Below are positions 1 through 9,451 of a DNA stretch of 64,000 bases, in pieces. A program made the translations under genes and the position numbers. Under the pieces are notes generated by a model. The model was given only the letters and a program-made list of their open reading frames with translations, searched no databases and was not told the origin of the DNA. The stretch is from Alphaproteobacteria bacterium (GTDB lineage Bacteria > Pseudomonadota > Alphaproteobacteria > UBA828), in contig CAXXMU010000001.1 in the NCBI GenBank assembly GCA_963667785.2, positions 1,024,001 to 1,088,000 on the forward strand, given 5' to 3'. Every line of letters begins with the position of its first letter. The first letter of the stretch is position 1.

Positions 1-967
1 GCGCGTCCGCCATCGAGGCCGCGACGTCGTCCCAGCGGCGGCAGGCTGAATAGTGCTCCGCCTCGATCTCCAGCAGCGGCGGCACCGCCTCGCGGCAGGC
101 ATCCTCGCGGATCGGGCAGCGGCCGTAGAGCGGGCATTCCGGCCGGGGATTGATCGCGGTCGGGATCTCGCCCTCGATGACGTAGGGGTCGGGGCGACGC
201 TTCGGGTCCGGGAACAGCACCGCAGAAAGCAACGCGCGGCTGTAGGGGTGCCGCTGGCTCTCCATGATGATCTCGGTCGGCGCGTGCTCGACGATATGGC
301 CGAGATACATGATCGCGATGCGATGGCTGATCTTGGCGACCGAGGTCAGGTCGTGGGAGATGAAGATATAGGCGGTATCGGTCTCGCTCTGGATCGCCTT
401 GAGGAGGTCCAGGATCTCGGCCCGCGCGGAAGGGTCGAGCATCGACGTGGGCTCGTCGAGCACCACGAACTCGGGCTCGGTGACCAGCGCGCGCGCGATG
501 CCCACCCGCTGCTGCTCGCTCGCGGTGAGATCCGCCGGATAGTAGTTGAAGACGTCGGCCGAGAGGCCGACGCGCTCGAGCATGGCGGCGACGCGGGGCC
601 TGCGCTCGGTGCGGTTCACGCCGTGCAGCGCGAGCGGCTCGTCCACCGTCTGGTAGACCGTGAGCCTGGGATTGAGCGAGCCGAAGGGGTCCTGGAAGAC
701 GAGCTGCATCCGCGCCCTGAGCGCCCGGAGGCGCGCCGGGTCGAGGTCGCTGATCTCCTCGTCGCCGAGGGCGATCCGCCCTTCGGTCGGCTCGATGAGC
801 CTGAGCACGCAGCGCCCGACCGTGGTCTTGCCGGAGCCGCTCTCGCCGACCAGGCCCAGCGTCTCGCCGCGCTCCAGCTCGAACGAGACGTTGTTGACCG
901 CGATCAGGTTCTCGTCCTTGCCGACCACGAAGATCTTGGTCAGATTTTCGACCGTGAGCAGCGCCAC
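1..967 (-). CDS. Oligopeptide/dipeptide ABC transporter ATP-binding protein (3' end runs off the window)
   Basis: Manual reverse translation from GTG at 967: [13 protein letters not shown]...[15 protein letters not shown] (Walker A), VVLDEPTS (Walker B), C-terminal [10 protein letters not shown] oligopeptide-ABC domain; absent from ORF track because no stop in window. Confidence 0.88.
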   Translation of the reverse strand, partial: MALLTVENLTKIFVVGKDENLIAVNNVSFELERGETLGLVGESGSGKTTVGRCVLRLIEPTEGRIALGDEEISDLDPARLRALRARMQLVFQDPFGSLNPRLTVYQTVDEPLALHGVNRTERRPRVAAMLERVGLSADVFNYYPADLTASEQQRVGIARALVTEPEFVVLDEPTSMLDPSARAEILDLLKAIQSETDTAYIFISHDLTSVAKISHRIAIMYLGHIVEHAPTEIIMESQRHPYSRALLSAVLFPDPKRRPDPYVIEGEIPTAINPRPECPLYGRCPIREDACREAVPPLLEIEAEHYSACRRWDDVAASMADA

Positions 968-1107
968 CGCACCTCGTCCCGCCGCCTGCGGCGCGCCAGC
1001 GCTGCCGCCGTGTCGCCTCCCTATCGCAAGCGGTCGGTGCGGGCAAGGGTGGCGGCCCGGTCGGGCGAGCGCGATCCCGCCCTTTCGCCCTTCCGGCCGG
1101 TCCGCTA

Positions 1108-1899
1108 ATGACGACCCCCATGAGTGAGCAGGATTACACCGCCGACGAGATGATGACGGTCGCGGCGTCCAGGCTGATCGACGACGGCACGGTGTGCTTC
1201 GTCGGCATCGGCCTGCCGAGCGCAGCCGCCAACCTCGCCCGCGTCACCCATGCGCCTGGCGCCGTGTTGATCTACGAATCCGGCACCGTGGGCGCGAAGC
1301 CCAGCCTGCTGCCGCTTTCGATCGGCGACAGCGAGCTTGCCGAGACCGCCGACATGGTGGTCTCCACCGCCGAGATCTTCCGCTACTGGCTCCAGGGCGG
1401 GCGTATCACGGTGGGCTTTCTCGGGGCGGCGCAGATCGACCGCTTCGGCAACATCAACACGACCGTGATAGGCGAGTACGCGCAGCCGAAGACGCGACTC
1501 CCCGGCGCTGGCGGCGCGCCGGAGATCGCGGCGCTCGCCGGCCAGGTCTTCGTCATCATGCGCCAGTCGCGGCGCGGCTTCGTCGAGCAGGTCGATTTCG
1601 TGACCTCGGCCGGCCATCTGACCGGCGGCGACTGGCGAGAACGCGCCGGGCTTCCCGGGCGCGGGCCCAGCACGGTGATTACCGATCTCGGCGTCCTCGA
1701 ACCCCACCCGGAGAGCCGCGAGCTCGTCCTCACCCATGTCCATCCGGGTATCGAGGTGGACGACGTGCGGGCCGCCACCGGCTGGACGCTCGCGGTGGCG
1801 GACGACCTTGCCGTCACGCCGGCACCGAGCGAGGGCGAGCTGGCCGCGCTGCGCGGGCTGCACGAGCGCACCCGGGCTGCGCGCGATCGCGCCGGCTAA
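1108..1899 (+). CDS. pcaJ: CoA-transferase subunit B (3-oxoadipate/glutaconate CoA-transferase beta, PcaJ/CatJ type)
   Basis: [25 protein letters not shown] (catalytic Glu), [27 protein letters not shown]; start may be ATG 1120. Confidence 0.8.
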   Translation: MTTPMSEQDYTADEMMTVAASRLIDDGTVCFVGIGLPSAAANLARVTHAPGAVLIYESGTVGAKPSLLPLSIGDSELAETADMVVSTAEIFRYWLQGGRITVGFLGAAQIDRFGNINTTVIGEYAQPKTRLPGAGGAPEIAALAGQVFVIMRQSRRGFVEQVDFVTSAGHLTGGDWRERAGLPGRGPSTVITDLGVLEPHPESRELVLTHVHPGIEVDDVRAATGWTLAVADDLAVTPAPSEGELAALRGLHERTRAARDRAG

Positions 1900-1951
1900 A
1901 GCGTATCCGCCTCGGACGTCTCCGCGAGAGGCCGTAAGCGCTACCCGGCGC

Positions 1952-2392
1952 TCACCAGCTCCCGGTATTGGGCATGCTCTTCCACGGCTCGGCCGGCGCG
2001 AGCGGCTTGCCCTTCTGCAGCAGCTCGATCGAGATCCCGTCCGGCGAGCGGATGAACGCCATGTGGCCGTCCCGGGGCGGCCGGTTGATGGTGACGCCCT
2101 TCTCGTGCAGGCCGGCGCAGATCTCGTAGATGTCGTCCACGCGGTAGGCGAGATGGCCGAAATTGCGGCCGCCGCCGAGCTCCTCCGGGTCCCAGTTGTA
2201 GGTGAGCTCGACCAGCGGCGCGTGGTCCTGCTTCGCCCTAGCGACGTCGCCCGGCGCGGACAGGAAGATCAGGGTGAAGCGGCCCTGCTCGCTCTCGTAG
2301 CGCGTGGTCTCCACCAGGCCGAGCTTCGCGCAGTAGAAGTCGAGCGCCTCGTCCAGGTCCGTGACCCGCACCATGGTATGCAGATACTCCAC
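1952..2392 (-). CDS. gloA: Lactoylglutathione lyase (glyoxalase I, VOC family)
   Basis: [40 protein letters not shown]; GGAGG RBS upstream of GTG. Confidence 0.9.
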   Translation of the reverse strand: MEYLHTMVRVTDLDEALDFYCAKLGLVETTRYESEQGRFTLIFLSAPGDVARAKQDHAPLVELTYNWDPEELGGGRNFGHLAYRVDDIYEICAGLHEKGVTINRPPRDGHMAFIRSPDGISIELLQKGKPLAPAEPWKSMPNTGSW

Positions 2393-2422
2393 GCGTCGTT
2401 CCTCCTTCGTCGTCGGGCGGGC

Positions 2423-3097
2423 TCACTCCGCCGCAGGCGCGAGCAGCGGCAGCGCGCGCAGGGCGGCACAGGCCGCGCCGTAGCCGTTGTCGATGTTGAC
2501 GACCGCGACGCCTGGCGCGCAGGAGCCGAGGATGGCCATGAGCGCGGTGGCGCCGCCCTGGGCGATACCGTAGCCCGTCGAGGTCGGCACCGCGATCACC
2601 AGGCCGGGCACGAGGCCGCCCACCACCGAGGGGAGCGCGGCATCCATGCCGGCCGCGACGATGACGATGGGGAAGGCCCTGATCTCGTCGATCCTCTCCA
2701 TCAGGCGCCACAGGCCGGCGACGCCCACGTCGCCGATCTCCACCGCGGGGTGGCCGTGATAGGCGAGGGTGCGGGCGGCCTCGCGGCTCACCGGCTGGTC
2801 GGAGGTGCCGGCCGAGACGATCGCGACCCTGGTCTCGCCCGCAGGCGCGGCGACCTCGCCGAAGAAGCCGGTCCGCGACAGCGGCTCGTGGTCGATGCGG
2901 CCGGCGAGTTCGGCCGGCAAGGCTTCGCGCTGGGCCTCGTCGAGGCGCGTCAGCAGCAGGCTCACGCCGGCCTCGTCCGCACGGCGGAGGATGTCGGCGA
3001 GCTGCTCGTCGGTCTTGCCGGCGCAGAGCACGGCTTCCTCGATGCCGAGGCGGGCGCGGCGCTCCAGATCGAGGGTGATGGCGGTGGGCGTGCTCAC
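2423..3097 (-). CDS. larB: Nickel-pincer cofactor biosynthesis protein LarB (PurE/AIR-carboxylase-like)
   Basis: LDLERRARLGIEEAVLCAGKT, SAGTSD.PV..EA, DVGVAGLWRL, AGMDAALPSVVGGL, AVPTSTGYG, VNIDNGYGAA; GTG start at 3097 overlaps larE stop (GTGA). Confidence 0.9.
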   Translation of the reverse strand: MSTPTAITLDLERRARLGIEEAVLCAGKTDEQLADILRRADEAGVSLLLTRLDEAQREALPAELAGRIDHEPLSRTGFFGEVAAPAGETRVAIVSAGTSDQPVSREAARTLAYHGHPAVEIGDVGVAGLWRLMERIDEIRAFPIVIVAAGMDAALPSVVGGLVPGLVIAVPTSTGYGIAQGGATALMAILGSCAPGVAVVNIDNGYGAACAALRALPLLAPAAE

Positions 3098-3915
3098 GCC
3101 GGGAGTGCCGGCCTCAGGAAGGCGCTGCCGGTCCGATAGGGCGCGAAGCTGACCTGCCCGGCGCGCGCGCCCTGGTCGAACATGCCGGCGACGGCGGCGC
3201 CGAGAACGGCCCGGCGGCTCTCGCTCAGCGCATCGAGGGTGGGCCCGTCGAGCTCGATCACGATGCCGGCCCTGCGCTTGCGGCAGCGTACCGTCTCGGG
3301 CCGCAACTGCCGGGCCAGATAGCGCTCGGCGGCGTGAATCGAGGCGAGGTCGTCCGCCTCGACGCGGAGCCCGGTCTCGATGCGGCTGGAGAGGCAGGGG
3401 GCGGCCGGCAGCCCGGCCAGATCGTCGAAGCCGAGCGCGGCCGCGATGGCGCGAATCTGTGCCTTGCCGATGCCGGCCTCGACGAAGGGATGGCGCACGC
3501 CGTGCGCCTGCGCCGCCTTCAGCCCCGGCCGCCAGTCGTCGAGGTCGTCCACGTTGGTGCCGGAAAGCAGAGTGGCGTCGCTGCGCGCTGCCAACGCGGC
3601 GTAAAGATTCGTCTTGCAGTAATAACAGCGGTCTGCCGGATTGGCGCGGTAGGCGGGATCCTCGAACTCGCCCGCATCCAGCACCGTGAGTAGCCACCCC
3701 TCCCGCGCGGCGAACGTCCGCACCCGCGCCGTCGCCTCCGGCGGCACTGCCGGCGAGACGGCATGGAACATCGCGCAGTCCCGGCCCTGACGACGGCCGG
3801 CGAGCAGAGCCAGCGTCATGCTGTCCACGCCACCGCTCACCGCGACCGCAGCCGGGCCGATCCCGTCCAGCACCCCGTGCAGGGCGCGCACGCGCGCGGC
3901 TGCCGGCTCAGCCAT
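3094..3915 (-). CDS. larE: ATP-dependent sulfur transferase LarE (PP-loop)
   Basis: AVSGGVDS PP-loop, NPADRCYYCK, GTNVDDLDDWRPGLKAA, PAAPCLSSRI; ATG at 3915 overlaps larC stop. Confidence 0.9.
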   Translation of the reverse strand: MAEPAAARVRALHGVLDGIGPAAVAVSGGVDSMTLALLAGRRQGRDCAMFHAVSPAVPPEATARVRTFAAREGWLLTVLDAGEFEDPAYRANPADRCYYCKTNLYAALAARSDATLLSGTNVDDLDDWRPGLKAAQAHGVRHPFVEAGIGKAQIRAIAAALGFDDLAGLPAAPCLSSRIETGLRVEADDLASIHAAERYLARQLRPETVRCRKRRAGIVIELDGPTLDALSESRRAVLGAAVAGMFDQGARAGQVSFAPYRTGSAFLRPALPA

Positions 3916-5176
3916 TGCCGCGCTGCCTCCGTGCCGCCGCCTCGGCGCCCCGCCGGCGCTCCTCGCGGGCGGCATGGCCTGCGCTCCCCGCGAGGTCGGC
4001 GAGCTCGGCCTTGGCGGTCACGGCGCCGGCCGGTCGCCGCGCGCGCTTCACCTGCACCGTGCCGCGCGAATCCGCATGGGAGGTCGTCTCCCGCGCGAGC
4101 GTGCTGCGGGCGATCCGCGACCAGCGGATGCCGAGGGTGGTGGTCTCGTCGAAGACCGCATCGAGCGCCGCGTCGAGCGCTGCCGCCTCCGCCAGAACCT
4201 GCACCGCAGCCAGCATGCGGCCCTTCTTGCCGTAGACCGGCCACTGCACCACGTCGAGGATGCCGGGCCGGGCGCGCAGACGCTCCAGCCCGAGCGCGAG
4301 ATCCTCCGGCGTCTGGTCGTCGATCTCGAAGCGCAGCATCGCCACCGCCTCCTGCCGGGCGGCGGGTGCGATGGGCGCGAATTCCATGACGCGCAGCACG
4401 TTGCCGAGGCCGGGCAGGGAGCGGCTGCCGAGGCCGGTTCCGGTGCCCACCAGCGTTTCCGGCTCGGCGGCCGGCGCCTGGTCCGGCGCGAGGTGCCTGA
4501 GGATCGCCGCGCCGGTCGGCGTCACCCGCTCGCCGGCGATGCCGTCGTCGAAAGTGGCGAGCCCGTTCAGCAGATGCACCACCGCCGGCGCCGGCACCGG
4601 CAGCAGACCGTGGGCGCAGCGCACCCGGCCCGAGCCAAGGGGGACGGCACCGCACGACCAGCGCGCCGGGCCCAGTGCCTCGATCAGATGAGCCGCCGCG
4701 ACGATGTCCACGGTCGCATCCCAGGCGCCGACTTCGTGGAAGGTGACCTCGGCCGGGTCCATGCCGTGCACCGCACCCTCGGCTTCGGCAAGCAGCGTGA
4801 AGATCGCAAGCGCCCGCCTGCGCACGGCCGGCACGATGCGGGCGGCCTCCAGCCGCTCGGCCACGTCGGCGAGCCGCACATGGCCGTGGTCACCGTCGTC
4901 CGCGCCGCCCACGCGGAAGCGCGTGCCCGCAAGCGCCGCGTCTCGCTGCGCCTCGATGGCGACGGACACGGAAGGCGGCAGGCCGAGAGCGTCGATCGTC
5001 GCGCGCAGGCCGTCGGCAAGCGCCGGGCGGGCATCGAGCAGCGCGGCGGCGAACATGTCGCCGGCGATGCCGCCGACCGGGTCGAGGTGAAAGCGCGGCC
5101 GGGGGTCGCTCCGCGCCGAACCTTCCGTCTCGTCCCCGTCCACGGCCGCCGCTGCGGGGGGCGGTGCGTTGTCCAT
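3908..5176 (-). CDS. larC: Nickel insertion protein LarC
   Basis: HLDPVGGIAGDMF, AEAEGAVHG, FHEVGAWD, AHGLLPVPAPAV, ERVTPTGAAIL, EIDDQTPE, GKKGR, ETTTLGIR. Confidence 0.9.
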   Translation of the reverse strand: MDNAPPPAAAAVDGDETEGSARSDPRPRFHLDPVGGIAGDMFAAALLDARPALADGLRATIDALGLPPSVSVAIEAQRDAALAGTRFRVGGADDGDHGHVRLADVAERLEAARIVPAVRRRALAIFTLLAEAEGAVHGMDPAEVTFHEVGAWDATVDIVAAAHLIEALGPARWSCGAVPLGSGRVRCAHGLLPVPAPAVVHLLNGLATFDDGIAGERVTPTGAAILRHLAPDQAPAAEPETLVGTGTGLGSRSLPGLGNVLRVMEFAPIAPAARQEAVAMLRFEIDDQTPEDLALGLERLRARPGILDVVQWPVYGKKGRMLAAVQVLAEAAALDAALDAVFDETTTLGIRWSRIARSTLARETTSHADSRGTVQVKRARRPAGAVTAKAELADLAGSAGHAAREERRRGAEAAARRQRGNG

Positions 5177-5183
5177 GCGGCCG

Positions 5184-5975
5184 CTACTCTCCCTTGAAGA
5201 CCGGCTTGCGCTTCTCCGTGAAGGACGCGACGCCCTCGGCGAAGTCGGCCGACGAGCGCAGCCTACCATAGGCCTCGCCCTCGAGGGCGATGGCGACGTG
5301 CAGCGGCGCGTCCTCGGCCTCGTTGAGGAGCTTCTTGGCAGTGCGCTGGGCGAGCGGGGAGAAGCCCCTGAGCTCGTCGACGAGGGCGTCGGTCGCCGCG
5401 GCGAGCTTCTCCTCGGGCACGCAATCCAGCGCGATGCCCCACGCGAGCGCTTCCGGGCCGGGGAGCCGCCGGGCCCGCATCACCAGGTCCTTGGTGCGTC
5501 CGATGCCGATCATCCTGGCGAGGCGCGCGGAGCCGCCGGAACCGGGGATCATGCCGATGCGCTGCTCCGGCAGGCCGAGCAGGGCGTTCTCGGTGACGAT
5601 GCGGAAGTCGCAGGCGAGCGCAAGCTCGAAGGCGACGCCGAAGCAGTAGCCGTGGATCGCCGCGATCACCGGCTGGCGGCAGCGCTCCGGCGCGGCGACG
5701 TTGCGCGCGAGCACGGCGAGCTGCTCGGGTTCGCGCGTCATGAAGCCCGGAATGTCGCCGCCGCTCGAGAAGTGCTTGCCCTCTGCGCGGAGCACGATCA
5801 CGCGCACGCTGTCGTCGGCATCGAGCGTGGCAAAGACGGCGGCGAGCTGGTCCCGCTCAGGCATGCTCACGACGTTGAGCGGCGGGCGGGCGAGGACGAT
5901 ATCGGCGCGCGCCGCCGCATGGTCGACCTCGACGCGGAAGCCGTCGAGATCGTCGAAGGGGCCGCCTGTCGTCAT
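5184..5975 (-). CDS. hmfE: Enoyl-CoA hydratase/isomerase family protein, HmfE-like (2-oxoglutaroyl-CoA hydrolase)
   Basis: FSSGGDI, GYCFGVAFELALACDFRI, LPEQRIGMIPGSGGS; follows hmfABCD-like genes. Confidence 0.75.
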   Translation of the reverse strand: MTTGGPFDDLDGFRVEVDHAAARADIVLARPPLNVVSMPERDQLAAVFATLDADDSVRVIVLRAEGKHFSSGGDIPGFMTREPEQLAVLARNVAAPERCRQPVIAAIHGYCFGVAFELALACDFRIVTENALLGLPEQRIGMIPGSGGSARLARMIGIGRTKDLVMRARRLPGPEALAWGIALDCVPEEKLAAATDALVDELRGFSPLAQRTAKKLLNEAEDAPLHVAIALEGEAYGRLRSSADFAEGVASFTEKRKPVFKGE

Positions 5976-7531
5976 GCAAGTCTCCCGCCGCCGGCTCGTG
6001 CGTCGCCGGCGTCATCGTCTTCCTCGTAGTCGCCGGCAATCAGCAGGCGGCGCAGGACCTTGCCGACCGGGGACTTCGGGATTGCGCGGACGAAGACGTA
6101 GGCGCGCGGCCGCTTGAAGTCCGCCAGCGCAGAGGCGCGGCAGTGGGCGTCGAGCGCGGCGGCGTCCACCGGCCCGGCCCGCACGACGAAGGCGGCCACC
6201 TTCTTGCCCCAGCGCTCGTCATCGAGGCCTGCAACCGCCGCCTCCGCCACGGCCGGGTGGACCGAGAGCACGCTCTCGATCTCTGCCGGCAGCACGTTCT
6301 CGCCGCCGCTGATGATCATGTCGTCGACCCGGCCCGTCACGAAGAGATCGCCGTCTTCGTCGCAATAGCCGACATCGCCGGTGAAATACCAGCCCAGCCG
6401 GAGCGCGCGCGCGTCCGCGTCCGGCCGCTGCCAGTAGCCGGCGAAGGCCTCCTCGCTGTCGAGACTGGCGATCACCTCGCCGTCCGTGCCGGGTGGGACG
6501 ATGCGGTCCGGGTCGCCCGCGCCGATCTCGACCACGCGGATACGCTGGTTGAGGCCTGCCTTGCCGGCCGAGCCCGGCTTCGCAGCCGCGTTCTGGTCGA
6601 TGGTGAAGGTGTAGATCTCCGAGGAGCCGTAGTGGTTGACGAAGAGCTCGGGCTGGAAGGCGTTCTCGACGCGCCGCAGCAGGCCCTCCGCCATCGGTGC
6701 CCCGGCGAAGCCGAGCTTGCGCACCGAGGAGAGGTCGGCGTGGGCAAAGCGCGGGCTTGCCAGCAGGTCGAAATAGAGCGTCGACACGAGGTAGAGGGCG
6801 GTGATCCGCTCCGCCTCGATCAGGCCGAGCGCGCCCTGCGCCTCGAAGCGCGGCTGGCAGACGAATGTGCCGCCCAGCGGCGCCATGGCGAGCAGCGAGC
6901 GCACCCCCATGGTGTGGTAGAGCGGCATGACGCCGAGGGTCCGCTCGCCCGTGCGGTAGCAGTTCTGCGCGATGTGGGCCAGCGCCGCGGCGCGCTCGGC
7001 GCGGTGGCTGCGGGGGACCCCCTTGCCGCGCCCGGTGGTGCCGGAGGTGTAGAGCATGAGCGAGAGATCGTCCTCGCCGGCCCGGGGCGTTGGCGCAGCC
7101 GGCGCCGCCAACAGCTCGGCGAGATCGACCGTGCCCGCCGGCCCGTTGCCGACGGCGATGCGGCGGAGCCGGGCGGCGCGGGCGGAGCCTGCGACGGCAG
7201 CCGCGGCGGAAGCGTCGAAGGCCAGCGCCTTGGCGCCGGAATCGCTGAGGAAGAAATCGAGCTCGTCCTCGCCGCTCCGCCAGTTGAGCGGCACCACGAC
7301 GACGCCGGCAAGCTGGCAGGCCCAGTGGAGCGCCGCCATCTCCCAGCGGTTCTGCATGATGACGGCGAGCCGGTCGCCCGGCGCGAGGTCGAGTCCGCCG
7401 AGGCCGCCTGCGAGGCGCGCTGCGGTATCGAGCCACGCGCCATAGTCGAAGCGCCTCTCGCCGTCGACGACCGCGAGCGCACCCGGGTGCCGCTCGGCGG
7501 CGGCGATCAGCGTGCGGCCCAGGTCGGTCAC
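5972..7531 (-). CDS. hmfD: Acyl-CoA synthetase, 2-furoate-CoA ligase HmfD-like
   Basis: LYTSGTTGRGKGVP AMP-binding motif, NHYGSSEIYTF, GWYFTGD, GRVDDMIISGGEN, PKSPVGK. Confidence 0.78.
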   Translation of the reverse strand: MTDLGRTLIAAAERHPGALAVVDGERRFDYGAWLDTAARLAGGLGGLDLAPGDRLAVIMQNRWEMAALHWACQLAGVVVVPLNWRSGEDELDFFLSDSGAKALAFDASAAAAVAGSARAARLRRIAVGNGPAGTVDLAELLAAPAAPTPRAGEDDLSLMLYTSGTTGRGKGVPRSHRAERAAALAHIAQNCYRTGERTLGVMPLYHTMGVRSLLAMAPLGGTFVCQPRFEAQGALGLIEAERITALYLVSTLYFDLLASPRFAHADLSSVRKLGFAGAPMAEGLLRRVENAFQPELFVNHYGSSEIYTFTIDQNAAAKPGSAGKAGLNQRIRVVEIGAGDPDRIVPPGTDGEVIASLDSEEAFAGYWQRPDADARALRLGWYFTGDVGYCDEDGDLFVTGRVDDMIISGGENVLPAEIESVLSVHPAVAEAAVAGLDDERWGKKVAAFVVRAGPVDAAALDAHCRASALADFKRPRAYVFVRAIPKSPVGKVLRRLLIAGDYEEDDDAGDARAGGGRLA

Positions 7532-7534
7532 GCG

Positions 7535-8047
7535 TCAGTCGTCCTCGCCCGTATCCCCGGCCCGAGCGGTGCGCGCGGCCTCCAGCGCGGCCGCGACGAT
7601 GCCGCCATAGCCGGTGCAGCGGCAGAGGTGGCCGCTGAGGAGTTCGCGGATCTCGCCCTCGTCCGGCGCCGGCCTGCCGTCGAGCCAGGCATCGAGCGAC
7701 ATGAGGATGCCGGGAGTGCAGAAGCCGCACTGGAGCGCGTGGTGGCGGCGGAACGCCTTCTGCAGGTCGTTCAGCTCGCCCTCCGGTGCCAGCCCCTCCA
7801 CCGTGTCCACGCGCCTGCCCTCGGCCTGGACGGCGAGCGTCAGGCAGGCGCGCACGGGCGCCCCGTCGAGGCGCACCGTGCAGGCGCCGCAGACGCCGTG
7901 CTCGCATCCCACGTGCGTGCCCGTGGCGCCAAGCGCGTGGCGCAGGAAATCGCTCAGCAGCATGCGCGGCTCGGCCCAGCCGCCCGTCTCGCGGCCGTTG
8001 AGGGTGAGGCCGATGCGGTGGCGGCTCTCGGCGCCGAGCCGCTTCAT
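7535..8047 (-). CDS. hmfC: Molybdenum hydroxylase small [2Fe-2S] subunit, HmfC-like
   Basis: GCEHGVCGACTV, RACL, QCGFCTPG, LCRCTGY. Confidence 0.85.
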   Translation of the reverse strand: MKRLGAESRHRIGLTLNGRETGGWAEPRMLLSDFLRHALGATGTHVGCEHGVCGACTVRLDGAPVRACLTLAVQAEGRRVDTVEGLAPEGELNDLQKAFRRHHALQCGFCTPGILMSLDAWLDGRPAPDEGEIRELLSGHLCRCTGYGGIVAAALEAARTARAGDTGEDD

Positions 8048-8871
8048 GGCCGCGTCTCCTGCGCCGCCTGCACGGTCCGCTTGCCCAGGCCCCGCACCAG
8101 CTCGCGCCGGTAGCGGGCGCTGGCGTGATGGTCGTCGGCGGCATCGAGGGACCAGGCGAGCGAATCGAGCGCGTCGTCGAGGGCGCTGCCGGCGAGCGGC
8201 GGCCAGTCCTGCACCACCGGCCGCTCGCAGGCACCGCCGACGCCGATCCTGATGCCGTTCTCCCGCGCAATCGCGGCGACGGCGACGACGGCGAAGTCGC
8301 CGTGGCGTCGGGCGAACTCGGTGAACGCGTAGCCCGCGCCCGGCTCCGCGGCGGGGAAGCGCACCGCCGCCACCATCTCGTCCGCCCGGCAGGCGGTCGA
8401 CAGCATGCCCGTCTGGAACGCGGCGGCCGGCAGCGTCCGTGTGCCGGCGCGCGAGCGCAGCACCACCTCGCCGTCGAGGGTGGCGAGGCAGAGCGGCAGC
8501 TCCGCGCTCGGGTCGGCGAAGGCGATCGAGCCGCAGACGGTGCCGCGGCTCCGGGTCTGGACGTGGCCGATCAGGGGGAGCGCCCGGGCCAGCAGGGGGG
8601 CACGCGCGGACAACGGGGGCCAGGCCTCGAGGCTCGCCTGGGTCGCCGCCGCGCCGACCTCGATGACGGTGCCGTCGTCCTCGATCCCGGCGCGGCCGGG
8701 CAGCCGGGAGATGTCGATGAGGACCGCCGGCTCCACCAGCCGCATGTTGAGCATGGGCATCAGCGTCTGGCCGCCGGCCAGCAGGCGCGCGTCATCGCCG
8801 GCCTCGGCGAGAGCGGCCACCGCCTCTTCCTCGTCGTCTGCGCGCAGGTAGTCGAACGGCGCGGGCTTCAT
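8044..8871 (-). CDS. hmfB: Molybdenum hydroxylase FAD-binding medium subunit, HmfB-like
   Basis: MKPAPFDY, LAGGQTLMPMLNMRL, RGTVCGSIAFADPSAELP, EFARRHGDFA. Confidence 0.85.
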   Translation of the reverse strand: MKPAPFDYLRADDEEEAVAALAEAGDDARLLAGGQTLMPMLNMRLVEPAVLIDISRLPGRAGIEDDGTVIEVGAAATQASLEAWPPLSARAPLLARALPLIGHVQTRSRGTVCGSIAFADPSAELPLCLATLDGEVVLRSRAGTRTLPAAAFQTGMLSTACRADEMVAAVRFPAAEPGAGYAFTEFARRHGDFAVVAVAAIARENGIRIGVGGACERPVVQDWPPLAGSALDDALDSLAWSLDAADDHHASARYRRELVRGLGKRTVQAAQETRP

Positions 8872-9017
8872 GGCGTCCCTATACCCGGATCACGGTCGTG
8901 TTGGTATCATGACCCGGTCCCCCGTGCCTCTACCGGCGCGCTGTCGAGAGCCCGCCTGTTTGCCCGTACCCTTGTGGCCGGGCCAGCAGGCGAGGCGAAA
9001 CGGACGAGGAGCGAGCC

Positions 9018-9221
9018 GTGAAGCTCAAGGTAATCGTGCACGAGGCCGAAGAGGGCGGATACTGGGCCGAAGTGCCGGCGATCCCCGGATGCGCCACACA
9101 GGGCGAGACCTTCGAGGAGCTGCTGACCAACCTCTACGAGGCGGTCGAGGGCTGCCTCTCCGTTGATGTCCGCGATATCGCCACATCGGACTCCGACAGG
9201 ATCGTCGAGATCGCCGTGTGA
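9018..9221 (+). CDS. hicB: HicB family antitoxin (short, no C-terminal DNA-binding domain)
   Basis: MKLKVIVHEAEEGGYWAEVPAIPGCATQGETFEEL..NLYEAVEGCL; GAGGAG RBS. Confidence 0.9.
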   Translation: MKLKVIVHEAEEGGYWAEVPAIPGCATQGETFEELLTNLYEAVEGCLSVDVRDIATSDSDRIVEIAV

Positions 9222-9424
9222 AGACGGTCAGCGGCAAGCGGTTTTGCCGGGTGCTGGAACTGCGGGGTTGGACGTTGATGCGCACCAGCGGGAGTCACCG
9301 CATCTACGCCAAGGCGGGTTCGGATGTCCGCATCTCCGTTCCGGTTCACGGCACTGCGTCGCTCAAGCGCGGCCTGCAACGACACCTGATGAAGCTTGCG
9401 GAGATCGAGGACTCGGAGCTGTAG
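9218..9424 (+). CDS. hicA: HicA family toxin (mRNA interferase)
   Basis: VSGK..CRVLE.RGW...RTSGSH.IY...ISVPVHG..LKRG; GTGA overlap with hicB. Confidence 0.9.
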   Translation: MKTVSGKRFCRVLELRGWTLMRTSGSHRIYAKAGSDVRISVPVHGTASLKRGLQRHLMKLAEIEDSEL

Positions 9425-9451
9425 GCCCCAAGGTCCCGTCGGGCATCTCGC

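Noticed and set aside
2423-3097. purE (AIR carboxylase)
   Set aside because: LarB-specific motifs and adjacency to larE and larC identify it as LarB.
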